Origin: a virus
Taxonomy: Duplodnaviria > Caudoviricetes
Virus record (IMG/VR): IMGVR_UViG_3300049136_000011
Location: 1 to 37,887 of that record
Direction: 5' to 3' (one strand)
Length of the DNA stretch: 37,887 bases
The translations under genes and the position numbers were made by a program. The stretch's first letter is position 1. Every line of letters begins with the position of its first letter. A model generated the notes under the pieces. It was not told where the DNA came from, searched no databases, and saw only the letters and a list, made by a program, of their open reading frames with translations. Below, one piece after another: positions 9,586 through 19,246 of this stretch.

Positions 9586-10131
9586 ATGAGCGCCAAGCGA
9601 TCCAAGACCACCAAAGAACTACTCGCAGCCGCCAAGCTGCCCGAGCGCAGCGTGTCCATCTGCCTCCGCGGCGACCTCGTGGCCGACATCGAGGCCCGTG
9701 AGCGCGACCTGGCTGCGGCTGTGGCTGACGATGCGTCGAACAAGCGCCTCGGTACCAAGTCGCAAGCGCCGGCCATCGCTGCCGACATCGAAGCCATGCG
9801 CGCCGAGATGTCTGACTCGATGCTACACATGCGACTCCGGGCGCTCACGACGACCAAGTGGCGCGAGCTGGTACGGAAGTTCCCCCCCGGCAAGGACGAC
9901 AAGGGCGGCCTCGGCGTCGACATCCTGGCCCTCATGGGCGAGGCGATCCCCGCCTCCGTTGTCGAGCCTGACGACATGGACGACGACGACTGGCGGATGC
10001 TCAACGACAGCGCGCCGGCCGCCGAGATGACGCGGCTGATGAACGTCGTTTGGGAGTTGAACACGCAGGGCGTGGACGTCCCAAAATCGCGGCTCGCCTC
10101 CGTCGTCAACCGGAGGAAGTTAGACGACTGA
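9586..10131 (+). CDS. Tail assembly chaperone (G)
   Basis: GGAGGAG SD, ATG 9586; between major tail and tape measure; slippery site near the 3' end. Confidence 0.85.
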   Translation: MSAKRSKTTKELLAAAKLPERSVSICLRGDLVADIEARERDLAAAVADDASNKRLGTKSQAPAIAADIEAMRAEMSDSMLHMRLRALTTTKWRELVRKFPPGKDDKGGLGVDILALMGEAIPASVVEPDDMDDDDWRMLNDSAPAAEMTRLMNVVWELNTQGVDVPKSRLASVVNRRKLDD

Positions 10132-10469
10132 AAGCGGCCCGCGCTTGGGGTGTGCGGCCGTCCGTCTTTGACAACTGGTCAGAGGTTGACCAGGGCGAGG
10201 CGATGGCCCTCATTCTCGACGAGGAGTCCCGTTGCCCGTGTGGCTGCGGGCAGTACATCGATCAGTCGATGTCGCGTGACTGGAACTGGGATGTGCAACA
10301 TCGCAAGTGCTATGCGGGCGCGGCGCTCGACCAAGTGCGCCGCCAGTTCGACAAAGATCATAAGGACGATCCCGGTCGCCATGATGGGCGCCTCTGGTCG
10401 GTCACGCCGGTTGCGCCTCAGCCACCTAGCGCATCCTCAGCCTCGTCCATCCGGTCGGGGCAGGCGTAG
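10080..10469 (+). CDS. Tail assembly chaperone -1 frameshift extension (GT)
   Basis: C CCA AAA heptamer at 10080-10086 is in frame with G; the -1 frame is open (PKIAARLRR...CPCGCG...CYA) to TAG 10469. Confidence 0.85.
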   Translation, partial: PKIAARLRRQPEEVRRLKAARAWGVRPSVFDNWSEVDQGEAMALILDEESRCPCGCGQYIDQSMSRDWNWDVQHRKCYAGAALDQVRRQFDKDHKDDPGRHDGRLWSVTPVAPQPPSASSASSIRSGQA

Positions 10470-10693
10470 CGCACGTTCGTTCGCGTCACTGACCCTGACG
10501 CGCCCGACATGGTGATGAAGTACCCGAACGAATCTTCATCCTCACAGGCGTTGAGCCACACGTCTTGATACGCAGTCCAGTCGGCTATCTCCACGCCTTG
10601 CGCCTCAAGCTCGCGCTGCCATGCAGCGCGGTCCACGTCGGCGCCACATGCGGCGAGGGCGAGCAGTGCCGCGGCGAGCATCGCTGTTCTCAT
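10418..10693 (-). CDS. Putative lipoprotein (moron-like)
   Basis: MRTAMLAAALLALAA-C signal peptide with LAAC lipobox; TATCGT-N7-ATG leaderless arrangement. Confidence 0.75.
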   Translation of the reverse strand: MRTAMLAAALLALAACGADVDRAAWQRELEAQGVEIADWTAYQDVWLNACEDEDSFGYFITMSGASGSVTRTNVRYACPDRMDEAEDALGG

Positions 10694-10727
10694 CCCCCGC
10701 ACGATACAGACCGAGAGGCGGTGACCC

Positions 10728-13700
10728 GTGGCAGAACGTAGCGTGAAGATCGTCCTTCGGGGCGACATCACTCAGTTCGTCACCGCCATGAAGCAGGCCG
10801 GCGCGTCGGCACAGGCTGCCCTCGGCAACACTCTCAAGGGGTACGAGAAGCACCGCGCGTCCATTGACGACCTGGGGCGCTCTGCTGGTCGCGTCGGCCT
10901 CGTTGCGGCTGCTGGAATGGGTCTCGCCGCGAAGGCTGCGATCGACTGGGACACCGCATGGGCGGGCGTCACCAAGACCGTCAATGGCACCGCTAGTGAG
11001 ATGGGTCTGCTCGAGGATGAGTTGCGTGAGCTTGCGCGCACCCTTCCCGCGACACACACGGAAATCGCTGGGGTCGCGGAGGCTGCTGGCCAGCTCGGCA
11101 TCGCCCGTGAGGACATCACATCGTTCACAGAGACGATGATCGCGCTCGGTGAGACGACGAACATCACGGCTGAGGACGCGGCGACGAGCATCGCACGCCT
11201 CGCGAACGTGATGGGCACCTCTGCCGACAACATCGAGCGGATCGGCTCGACGCTGGTCGACCTCGGTAACAACTCCGCGACGACGGAGGCCGAGATCCTT
11301 GAGATGGGCCAGCGGCTCTCTGCTGCCGGCGCCATTGCGGGCCTCGCCGAATCTGACGTGCTCGGCTTCGCCGCGGCCCTGACTTCGGTCGGCGTTGAGG
11401 CTGAGGCTGGCGGTACGGCCATGTCGAAGGTCTTCACGTCTGTTCGTGACGCCGCGCTCGATGGTGGCGAAGCGCTTGACACATTCGCCGGTGTGGCGGG
11501 CGTGTCGGCGGCTGAGTTCCAGGCGGCGTTCAATGAGGACGCCGCGGGTGCGGTCGAGATGTTCATCGCGGGCCTCGGCAAGATGAACGCGGCTGGCGAG
11601 TCAACGACAAGCGTATTCAAGACCTTGAAGCTGACGGACCAGCGACTCATGCGCGCGCTGTTGTCCACAGCCGAGGCGGGCGACCTGCTGACCGACTCCC
11701 TCGATCTCGGCGGCGAGGCATGGGCTGAGAACACCGCACTCGCTGACGAGGCTGCGCAGCGGTACGAGACCACAGCGTCGAAGATGACCGTCGCGCTCAA
11801 CAACATCAAGGACTCCGCAATCGAGGTCGGCGAGGTTGTGCTGCCGATGCTCGAGAAGGCGGCTGGCGGCGTCTCTACGCTCGCGCAGGCGTTCGGCAAG
11901 CTCCCTGCCCCCGTGCAGACTGCCGCGGTCGCGCTAGGCGGCATTACGGCCGTCACGGGCGGTGGCCTCTGGTTCGGCACGAAGGTTCTCGGTGGCATCA
12001 CCGACACTCGCCGCGCCCTAGGTGACCTCGGCATGACCGCCGATGGGTTGTCGGGCCGGTTCAAGACGATGGGCAAGGCTACGGCCGACACTGCCCGCGG
12101 CGTCGGTGCGGCGTTCGACGAGATGTCCGGTAAGCAGGTCGCACTCCGTGGTGGCGCTGCCATCTTCGGCATGATGGCGATGAGCCTCAACGACCTCGAT
12201 GACTCCGCTGACCGCGCGACCCGCACGATGGGCGGCTTCATCAACGTCGCCTCCGCGGCAATGATGGGCTTCGCGGTCGCCGGCCCCCTAGGTGCGGCCA
12301 TCGGTGGCGGCATCAGCATCATCGGCGAACTCGTCGGCGTACTCAAGGAGGGCGAGGAAGCCTCCCGCGCTGCCGCCGAAGGGGCGAAGGCTTACGCAGC
12401 CACGCTCGATGAGGTGACCGGCGCAGCGACCGACGCAACCGAGGCACTGGTCGCTAAGCGGCTCGAGGAGCAGGGCGCGCTCGAGGCCGCTGGGCGGCTC
12501 GGCATCAACACCGACGAGCTCGTGGCAGGAATCCTTGACAGCACGGGCGAGGCCGCTGACCGGGTGCGCGACAAGCTCGCCTCCCTGCGTGCCGAATACA
12601 CGGGCACAACTGGCGAGGCACAGACGATGGCCGACGCTATCGACGGCGCTAATGGTGGGCTGTGGGATCAGGTCGGCAACGTGTCGCGGGCAACCTCCGC
12701 GAACGGCGATCTTGTGCCGGTGCTCAACGAGGTCTCTGACATCTTCGGCGTCGAGGCTAAGGCGATCAACGAGGCCGCCGCATCGACGGAGCGGCAGGCG
12801 GAAGCAGCCGGACTAGTTGCCGACGTCGCCCCCGACGCAGCAGATGGCCTGTCGGACATCGCGACCGCCGCGGGTGAGGCGACCGAGGAGGTCGACGGCT
12901 TCGCGAAGGCGATGGACGAGGCGCACGCCGTCATGGAGGGGCGCGACGCTCAGCGTGGCTATGAACAGTCCCTTGATGACTTCCGTGAGGCGCTGAAAGA
13001 GCGCAAGGATTTACAGAAGGAGCTCGCCGAGGCTGAGCAAGACTTGCTCACCGCCGACACCGACTCTGAACGCGACTCCGCGAAAGACAAGATCGCGGAC
13101 CTCAAGGAAGAACTCAAGGACTACGCCCTCACGCTGGACCGGACAAAGGAAGCCGGCCGCGACTGGGAGGAGCGCCTAGAGGACATCGCTACCCGCGCGC
13201 TCGAGGCGGGCGTGACGATGACCGAGGCTGACCAGAAGCCCTACATGCGCAAGGCGCGACAGGACTTCATTGAGCTCGCCACCAAGATCACGGGTAGTCG
13301 GCGCGAGGCGCGGAAACTCGCAGGCGACCTCGGGCTGCTCGACGACTATGACGTCGAACCTGAGATCAAGGTCGACGTCGGCGCTGCACTCCGTGGCCTC
13401 GAGTTGATCGACGACTACCAGCTCGACGACAAGACATTCAAGGTCACGGGCCTGCTGAGCATCCCCGGCTTTCAGTCGAAGCTCAAGGGCGACGAGTACG
13501 CCTCTGGTGGCTACACCGGCAACGGCGGCAAGTACGAGCCCGCAGGCATCGTCCACGGCGGCGAGTACGTCATCAACGCCGAACAGACCGCGCGCCACTT
13601 CAACCTGCTCGAGCGCATCAACAAGGGCTACGCCTCAGGTGGCTTCGTGGCGGCATCACGTCCAGCCCCCTCGCAGTCGTTCGACCCTGCCACGTTCGCC

Positions 13701-13835
13701 CAGCAGGCGGCCGGTGGTGGTGCCCCGTCCGTCGTCATCCAGGGTGGCGTACAGCCGCACAATTACAACCAGTTCCTGCGCGAGATGGAAGATCGGCAAC
13801 GCCTTGCCGCGACCGGAGGGGCTGACTTCCGATGA
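10728..13835 (+). CDS. Tape measure protein
   Basis: 1035 aa, Ala/Gly-rich; TP901-type core (EIAGVAEAAGQLG, LGNNSATTEAEI, EAGGTA); C-terminal YASGGY...GIVHGGEYVI. Confidence 0.96.
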   Translation: MAERSVKIVLRGDITQFVTAMKQAGASAQAALGNTLKGYEKHRASIDDLGRSAGRVGLVAAAGMGLAAKAAIDWDTAWAGVTKTVNGTASEMGLLEDELRELARTLPATHTEIAGVAEAAGQLGIAREDITSFTETMIALGETTNITAEDAATSIARLANVMGTSADNIERIGSTLVDLGNNSATTEAEILEMGQRLSAAGAIAGLAESDVLGFAAALTSVGVEAEAGGTAMSKVFTSVRDAALDGGEALDTFAGVAGVSAAEFQAAFNEDAAGAVEMFIAGLGKMNAAGESTTSVFKTLKLTDQRLMRALLSTAEAGDLLTDSLDLGGEAWAENTALADEAAQRYETTASKMTVALNNIKDSAIEVGEVVLPMLEKAAGGVSTLAQAFGKLPAPVQTAAVALGGITAVTGGGLWFGTKVLGGITDTRRALGDLGMTADGLSGRFKTMGKATADTARGVGAAFDEMSGKQVALRGGAAIFGMMAMSLNDLDDSADRATRTMGGFINVASAAMMGFAVAGPLGAAIGGGISIIGELVGVLKEGEEASRAAAEGAKAYAATLDEVTGAATDATEALVAKRLEEQGALEAAGRLGINTDELVAGILDSTGEAADRVRDKLASLRAEYTGTTGEAQTMADAIDGANGGLWDQVGNVSRATSANGDLVPVLNEVSDIFGVEAKAINEAAASTERQAEAAGLVADVAPDAADGLSDIATAAGEATEEVDGFAKAMDEAHAVMEGRDAQRGYEQSLDDFREALKERKDLQKELAEAEQDLLTADTDSERDSAKDKIADLKEELKDYALTLDRTKEAGRDWEERLEDIATRALEAGVTMTEADQKPYMRKARQDFIELATKITGSRREARKLAGDLGLLDDYDVEPEIKVDVGAALRGLELIDDYQLDDKTFKVTGLLSIPGFQSKLKGDEYASGGYTGNGGKYEPAGIVHGGEYVINAEQTARHFNLLERINKGYASGGFVAASRPAPSQSFDPATFAQQAAGGGAPSVVIQGGVQPHNYNQFLREMEDRQRLAATGGADFR

Positions 13836-14269
13836 TCGAACCCACCGCATCACTAACCCTGTCCACATCAACCGGCACATTCATCTTCTCAGGCGTGGAC
13901 GACGACCAGCCGTTCGGGCTCGTGGACATGAACACACCCTCGATGGTCGCCCGCATCACCTACGCAGCCACGTCGGCACACGTTCACGGCGCACTACCCA
14001 CGGCGTCGGTCTGGGAGCAGACGTCCCTTGCCGCGGTCGTCAAGATCACGGGTGCAACCGCAGTCGAGCTCGCTGATCGTGAAGCCGAGTTGAAGGCTGC
14101 ACTGGGCCAGTTCTCCTACACGGCCACACAGACGGTCAATGGAATCGCGAAGGTCTGGTCGTGCCACATGGGGTCGATGGCCCCGGTTACTGACCTGCGC
14201 TACGAGGATCTGCGGCGGTTGTGGCAGACCTTCAATATCACGATCCCTGTACACCCCTTGGAGGCGTGA
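13832..14269 (+). CDS. Minor tail protein (distal-tail position)
   Basis: ATGA overlap with the tape measure gene; beta-rich. Confidence 0.7.
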   Translation: MIEPTASLTLSTSTGTFIFSGVDDDQPFGLVDMNTPSMVARITYAATSAHVHGALPTASVWEQTSLAAVVKITGATAVELADREAELKAALGQFSYTATQTVNGIAKVWSCHMGSMAPVTDLRYEDLRRLWQTFNITIPVHPLEA

Positions 14270-14679
14270 TGCTGTCCCTCGCCGCAAAGCAAGCCGCGCT
14301 CGACGCACTGTGGGGTGCGAACCACGGCTCGACAATGCCGCTCACCTTCGAGGTCGGCCTTATCACCGCAGACCCGCGCGTCGACACGTTCGCTGAGATC
14401 GACTACCCCGGCTATGCCCGCATCACCGGCACCAATGACGGCACCTTCTGGCTCGCCACGAACGCGAACGGCGTGAAGCTGTCCAAGATCCAGACGTTCC
14501 CCGACTCCACTGCGGCGGGCTCGAACACGGGCACGCATTGGGCGATCTGGCTGCCCGGTGGACTGACCGCCGATGTGTTCGACTTCGGCCGCCTCGACGA
14601 GGACATCACTGTGACCGCGGCCGGGGCTGGTCCGGCTATCCGTATCCGACGAACCTTCAACACAGGACTGGTGTACTGA
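14269..14679 (+). CDS. Minor tail protein
   Basis: GGAGG SD, TGATG overlap; GYAR...TFP...THWAIW...FG motif pattern. Confidence 0.75.
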   Translation: MLSLAAKQAALDALWGANHGSTMPLTFEVGLITADPRVDTFAEIDYPGYARITGTNDGTFWLATNANGVKLSKIQTFPDSTAAGSNTGTHWAIWLPGGLTADVFDFGRLDEDITVTAAGAGPAIRIRRTFNTGLVY

Positions 14680-14680
14680 C

Positions 14681-15046
14681 ATGGCGAACCTGACCACGAC
14701 CGAAGCCAACGAGATCCTTGACGCCCGCCTCGCCTTGATTGACCAAGTGCGGCTGATGACGGTCAACGGCGACGCGACAACTGCGGGCACCGAGGTGACG
14801 GGGGGCTCCTATGCCCCGGCAGTCGCACCCACATGGGCGGCGGCGGCGGCTGGGGCGTCGTCGAACACCACGGTCGTCTCGTTCACCAACATGCCTGCGG
14901 TGACCGTCGTCGGTGTCGAGCTGTGGGACACGACTCCCACAACCCCGGTGCGTCGATGGTTCGGCGCGCTCACCACCTCACGCACCCTGACAGCTGGGGA
15001 CGACTGTGAGTTTGCCGTGGGCGAGCTCGACGTAACCCTGTCCTGA
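14681..15046 (+). CDS. Minor tail protein
   Basis: GTEVTGGSYA...NTTVVSF...VELWD...FGAL; similar pattern to the preceding ORF. Confidence 0.75.
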   Translation: MANLTTTEANEILDARLALIDQVRLMTVNGDATTAGTEVTGGSYAPAVAPTWAAAAAGASSNTTVVSFTNMPAVTVVGVELWDTTPTTPVRRWFGALTTSRTLTAGDDCEFAVGELDVTLS

Positions 15047-15085
15047 CCCACCCCTCTCTGACTTCCTGAGGGGAGGTGTTGACTC

Positions 15086-16021
15086 GTGGCCGCACCAGTG
15101 AACGACAACTTCGCTGATGCCCTAGAGGTTGTCATCGCCAACGACGGCGACACGTACACCTCTGACCCGATCTACAACGCCGAGGCCACCACCGAGTCCG
15201 GTGAGCCGTCGCTCAACTCGTCAAGCGAGAAGTCATGTTGGTGGAAGTACACGCCCGCCGCGGACGGCACGGTCACCATCGACACGGAATCGTCCTACGG
15301 CGGGACTACGCCGGGTTCCTATGATGACCTGCGACTGAGCGTCTACACCGGCACATGGGGGTCGCTGACCCGCGTCGCGTCCGATGCGAGTGACCCCAAG
15401 ATCATCGAGCTTGCTGTGACGGCGGGGACGACTTACTTCCTGCAGGTTGGGTCTCAGTGGGGGGACCTTGCTACTTACATCCCGAAGTTCACCGGCCCTG
15501 CCACAGCCGGAGCCGCCGCACCATTGGTCGCCCTTTCGGCAGTCCTTGCCGCCTCCTCGGGACTGGTTGCAACACTGAAAGTGGCCAGCGGGTTAGGGGG
15601 CGCGCTCTCTGGCTCGGCAGCACTGTCCGCGAATCTCGTGGTGCCCGCGAACGCTGGAGTACTCGCCGCCTCCCTGACCGCGGCCTCCGCCTTGGCTGGC
15701 TCACTCCATGTCCGCGGACCCCTCGCGGCTAGCATGACCGCCACGGCGGTGCTTTCCCCTGCGCTGACCGTGAAGGGGCGGGTCTCCCTCGCAGCGGGAC
15801 TGTCGGGGCAGGCGTCCCTCCTGGGCAATCTCACGGCCATAGCCGTCACCGATTCTTCCGACATGTTCGCGAACGACGGCTACAACTACACCGGCACCTC
15901 GCGCGTGTTCTACGAGGCGCCCATTGCCGAGCCCCCGCCCGCGATCGTGCGGGAGAAGGTGAAGCGCGTTCACCAGTCCCTACCCGCTCCGACAGTAGTG
16001 AACGGGAGGCCGACGTGGTGA
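15086..16021 (+). CDS. Minor tail / fibre protein
   Basis: GGAGGT SD; PVNDNFADA...WWKYTP...AGTTYFLQVG beta-sandwich-like domain followed by about 5 repeats of L-A-A-x-L-x-x-x-x-x-L. Confidence 0.72.
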   Translation: MAAPVNDNFADALEVVIANDGDTYTSDPIYNAEATTESGEPSLNSSSEKSCWWKYTPAADGTVTIDTESSYGGTTPGSYDDLRLSVYTGTWGSLTRVASDASDPKIIELAVTAGTTYFLQVGSQWGDLATYIPKFTGPATAGAAAPLVALSAVLAASSGLVATLKVASGLGGALSGSAALSANLVVPANAGVLAASLTAASALAGSLHVRGPLAASMTATAVLSPALTVKGRVSLAAGLSGQASLLGNLTAIAVTDSSDMFANDGYNYTGTSRVFYEAPIAEPPPAIVREKVKRVHQSLPAPTVVNGRPTW

Positions 16022-18054
16022 CGAACACCGTGCAGGACTGGGGGCACCTTCGCCTCGTCGTCGGCGGGCAGGAGGCGACCTACTTTCGCGACGTGCCTAC
16101 GGTCATCGGCGGCTGGCAGGACACGGACCCGTATGGGTCGAACAATGCCACCCTGTCATTCCCGCAGATCACCGAGTTTGACCAGATCGGCACGGGCGAC
16201 CTTGCATGGCTGCACAACGGGGCCAAGGTCCGCATCGACCTGCACAACGCGGGCTCGCTGGTCACCAACCTGTTCTTCGGGTTCGTCGACCGCATTGAGG
16301 TTGCCGACACGGTGACCGTGACGTGCGCCGGCCACCTCGTCGGGCAGGCGGCCCTCGCGCTGCACCAGCCCCCCATCGGGCGCAGGCAGACCCGCGACAT
16401 CTGCGACGCGATCACCACCGAGCTCGACACGGGCGCAAATGGTGGACGCTTCGACATCACGGCTATCAAGTCGGGCATCGACATCGCGATCCGTGGCGAC
16501 CGCTCCATGACGCACCTCGGCTTCGTCGACTACGCGCTCGGGATGGGCGTCACCAAGGAGGGCAAGTCGCTCACCCTCCTGCCCGACCCCGCCGAGGGTC
16601 GCAAGGCGTACACGCTCGACTGGCGCGACCTGACCACCAAGCACGCCACCGTCTCTGCGGGCGCGCATGGCGTCAAGGTGCGACTGTCGAACGACCTCGT
16701 GGACAACCCGAACGTCATCTATGGCGAGGGTGTGTCGACCACTGGCGAGCGGTGGCGTAACGCGAAGTACCCCAACCTTGGCGACAAGACCGTGCCGCCG
16801 TTCCCCGGCGTGCTGCAGCAGGGCGACACTGACGACACCACGGGCGGGGCCGTCACGGTCCTCATCCGCGAACTGTGGGGCAATGGCGATCTTGAGGCCG
16901 ACGACCTGTCGACACACAAGTTCACCGCCGCCGTCACCGCTGCGGTCGAGGACACCCAGAACGACGCAGGGCTTCCCGTCACGGGCGTCGTGGACGCCGA
17001 CACCTGGCAGGCCGTGTTCTCCGCGGAGTTCCCCGACCAGTCGTTCGCACAGTCCCACTTCGCCCCGCTCGCGCAGGACAACCGCATCCCGTACTTCAAG
17101 CGGGCAGGCGATGGAACCGTGATCAAGCTCAACCCGAACCACGACCCGCAGATCATCAAGAATGAGCTGTTCGTCGCTTACGGCGAGTCGACCACCAAGC
17201 GCCGCGCAAAAGGCAACGCGAAGGCGCTGCTCAAGCGGGCGGGCGGCTGGGCCGGAACGATCACGCTCACGTCCGACCCCGCGGAGATGTCACGCTTCGA
17301 GCTCCGCGGTGGCATGAACATCAAGGTCGACCACCTCAAGGGCGGCCTCAACCAACTGCTGCACATCTCCTCGGTGCAGGTCGACTGGCCCTCGCAGTCC
17401 GTCACGCTCGCCGTATCCACGCAGGGGCGGCACTTCCTCGACCTGGCCGTGCGCAAGGAACGCAACACCACCGCGCGCCAAGACCCCGGCAAGCACTTCA
17501 AGAACCTGTTGCGTCGCTCTGCACAGACGATGGACTCGATCAGCGGATGGGAAGGCGAGTCGGGCGCCGGCATCGTCCCCACCACGACGCTGATAGGTGG
17601 CACATGGAACGTACTCCCCGTCGTTGCCGCCGAGGTGGGCGTCATGTCGCGGCTCTGGCTGCGCACCAGCGACGCAGAGACCTTGTTCTACGCCGCCGTA
17701 TTCGCCGACAAGGTGAGCCCGAATGTCCTCAACAACCGTCTCGGCGACCCGTCCGTGTGGGTCAACGAGGAGGACCGGATCGATGTGTTTAGCCATAACG
17801 CGGAATGGCTCGTCGAGGATGAGCGGCTGATGGTCGAAGCATGGGGAACGCCTGACCAGCCGTGCGGACTCTGGCCTAAGCCGTACCTCAACGCCAACGG
17901 TGACCGCACCGTGCATCCCGTCAACGGCAAGCACCGCGACAACGGCTCGTGGGACTTCTGGACCGAGAATAACTTCCTGTATCTCGCCGTGTGGCCCGTC
18001 GCTGACTGCATCATCAAGGGTCGCATGCGCATCCAGCTCAACGAGGGCATCTGA
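16015..18054 (+). CDS. Minor tail (hub/Tal-position) protein with internal peptidoglycan-binding domain
   Basis: 679 aa; FTAAVTAAVEDTQNDAGLPVTGVVDADTW matches the PG_binding_1 pattern. Confidence 0.8.
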   Translation: MVTNTVQDWGHLRLVVGGQEATYFRDVPTVIGGWQDTDPYGSNNATLSFPQITEFDQIGTGDLAWLHNGAKVRIDLHNAGSLVTNLFFGFVDRIEVADTVTVTCAGHLVGQAALALHQPPIGRRQTRDICDAITTELDTGANGGRFDITAIKSGIDIAIRGDRSMTHLGFVDYALGMGVTKEGKSLTLLPDPAEGRKAYTLDWRDLTTKHATVSAGAHGVKVRLSNDLVDNPNVIYGEGVSTTGERWRNAKYPNLGDKTVPPFPGVLQQGDTDDTTGGAVTVLIRELWGNGDLEADDLSTHKFTAAVTAAVEDTQNDAGLPVTGVVDADTWQAVFSAEFPDQSFAQSHFAPLAQDNRIPYFKRAGDGTVIKLNPNHDPQIIKNELFVAYGESTTKRRAKGNAKALLKRAGGWAGTITLTSDPAEMSRFELRGGMNIKVDHLKGGLNQLLHISSVQVDWPSQSVTLAVSTQGRHFLDLAVRKERNTTARQDPGKHFKNLLRRSAQTMDSISGWEGESGAGIVPTTTLIGGTWNVLPVVAAEVGVMSRLWLRTSDAETLFYAAVFADKVSPNVLNNRLGDPSVWVNEEDRIDVFSHNAEWLVEDERLMVEAWGTPDQPCGLWPKPYLNANGDRTVHPVNGKHRDNGSWDFWTENNFLYLAVWPVADCIIKGRMRIQLNEGI

Positions 18055-18055
18055 C

Positions 18056-18742
18056 GTGGCGGCCGAACTCTACCCGCGGGCGCCCTACGAGGTCATCAAG
18101 GACGAGCCGGTTGTCGTCGGGGATGAGCCGCTTCGTGACGACGACGACGACACCTATGCCGAAGTAAGGTCGCGCGACGCCAGCCCGAAGAGTGACAACT
18201 GGGATCGCGAGGACGCGCTGCACATTGGCATGGACACACTGACGACATCAATCAGCGCCACGGCCCCGATCATCGTCAATTACCGCATGACGGCCACCAC
18301 CACCGACGACTGGGCAAAGATCGGCGACCACTTCTTCTATCTACACAACGCTGACCACTCTGTTGCACTGGCGCTCCACCCATTCCCCGAGGCCGACCGT
18401 CCTGCCAATAGCGGGGCACCGCAGGACAGGTCGTTTGAGGTCAGTGACGACCTCCTCGCGGACTGGGGGATCACCCGCCAGCATCTCCTTGACGGACTGG
18501 CGGCTGGCTTATTCCTCGACTTTGCCGCCTGGCGGGTGGGCGACCTCGAGGGCGAAAAGAACTCAGCCGAAACGGTCCTTCGGCTGCACAAGTTCTGGCT
18601 GTCGTTCGGAACGTCACCGCGACGACTTCCCCACAACCGCATCCTGCAGCGCGGCAATGACGGCCTCGGCATCACCGGGGGCCGCCGCATCCTCGGCACC
18701 AAGACGCTGCAGTCAAGCAACCGGGCGACCGGGATCAGATAA
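18056..18742 (+). CDS. Putative minor tail / receptor-binding protein
   Basis: GTG 1 nt after the previous stop; last gene of the tail cluster. Confidence 0.6.
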   Translation: MAAELYPRAPYEVIKDEPVVVGDEPLRDDDDDTYAEVRSRDASPKSDNWDREDALHIGMDTLTTSISATAPIIVNYRMTATTTDDWAKIGDHFFYLHNADHSVALALHPFPEADRPANSGAPQDRSFEVSDDLLADWGITRQHLLDGLAAGLFLDFAAWRVGDLEGEKNSAETVLRLHKFWLSFGTSPRRLPHNRILQRGNDGLGITGGRRILGTKTLQSSNRATGIR

Positions 18743-18883
18743 AGGAGAGCGGGGACGCCAGCGCACCGCCGACGTCCCCTAGCACGCCGCGCACCGACTC
18801 GACCGGGCGCGGGTGATCGAAGCAACGTACCAGCGGCTCGACTCCCAACCGCACCGGGGAGCCGCGTGAAGGGGGAGCCGCCC

Positions 18884-19240
18884 ATGACGCCAACATCCGA
18901 GCCGACGATGGGCGAAGTCCTCCGACGCCTCGACGAAGTATCCCGCCAGATGATCGACCTTGCCCGCGAGATGAAGGACGACCGCTCAGCAGCGGCGGCC
19001 ACCTACGTCCGGCAAGACGTCTATTTCGCACAGCGGCAGGCGATGGAGTCGATGATCGCCGACCTGCACGGCGACGTGAAGCAGACCGAAACGAACCTCG
19101 GCCGCGAGATCGCAATGATCAAGGACGACCGCAAGTCTGACGTGAACTTCCGCCGCCAAGTGTGGCTGACGATGGGCGCGCTCGCCATCACGACGCTCGT
19201 GACGATCGTTATAGCGATCCTGAACTTTGTGGGGAGATGA
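18884..19240 (+). CDS. Lysis-cassette membrane protein (coiled coil plus C-terminal TM)
   Basis: GGGGAG SD; TM segment VWLTMGALAITTLVTIVIAILNFV. Confidence 0.8.
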   Translation: MTPTSEPTMGEVLRRLDEVSRQMIDLAREMKDDRSAAAATYVRQDVYFAQRQAMESMIADLHGDVKQTETNLGREIAMIKDDRKSDVNFRRQVWLTMGALAITTLVTIVIAILNFVGR

Positions 19241-19246
19241 CCCTCA

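Noticed and set aside
10772-12346. Long minus-strand ORFs (this one, 5451-6659, 24605-25669, 33846-34916 and others)
   Set aside because: Shadow frames of well-supported + strand genes in high-GC DNA; no motifs
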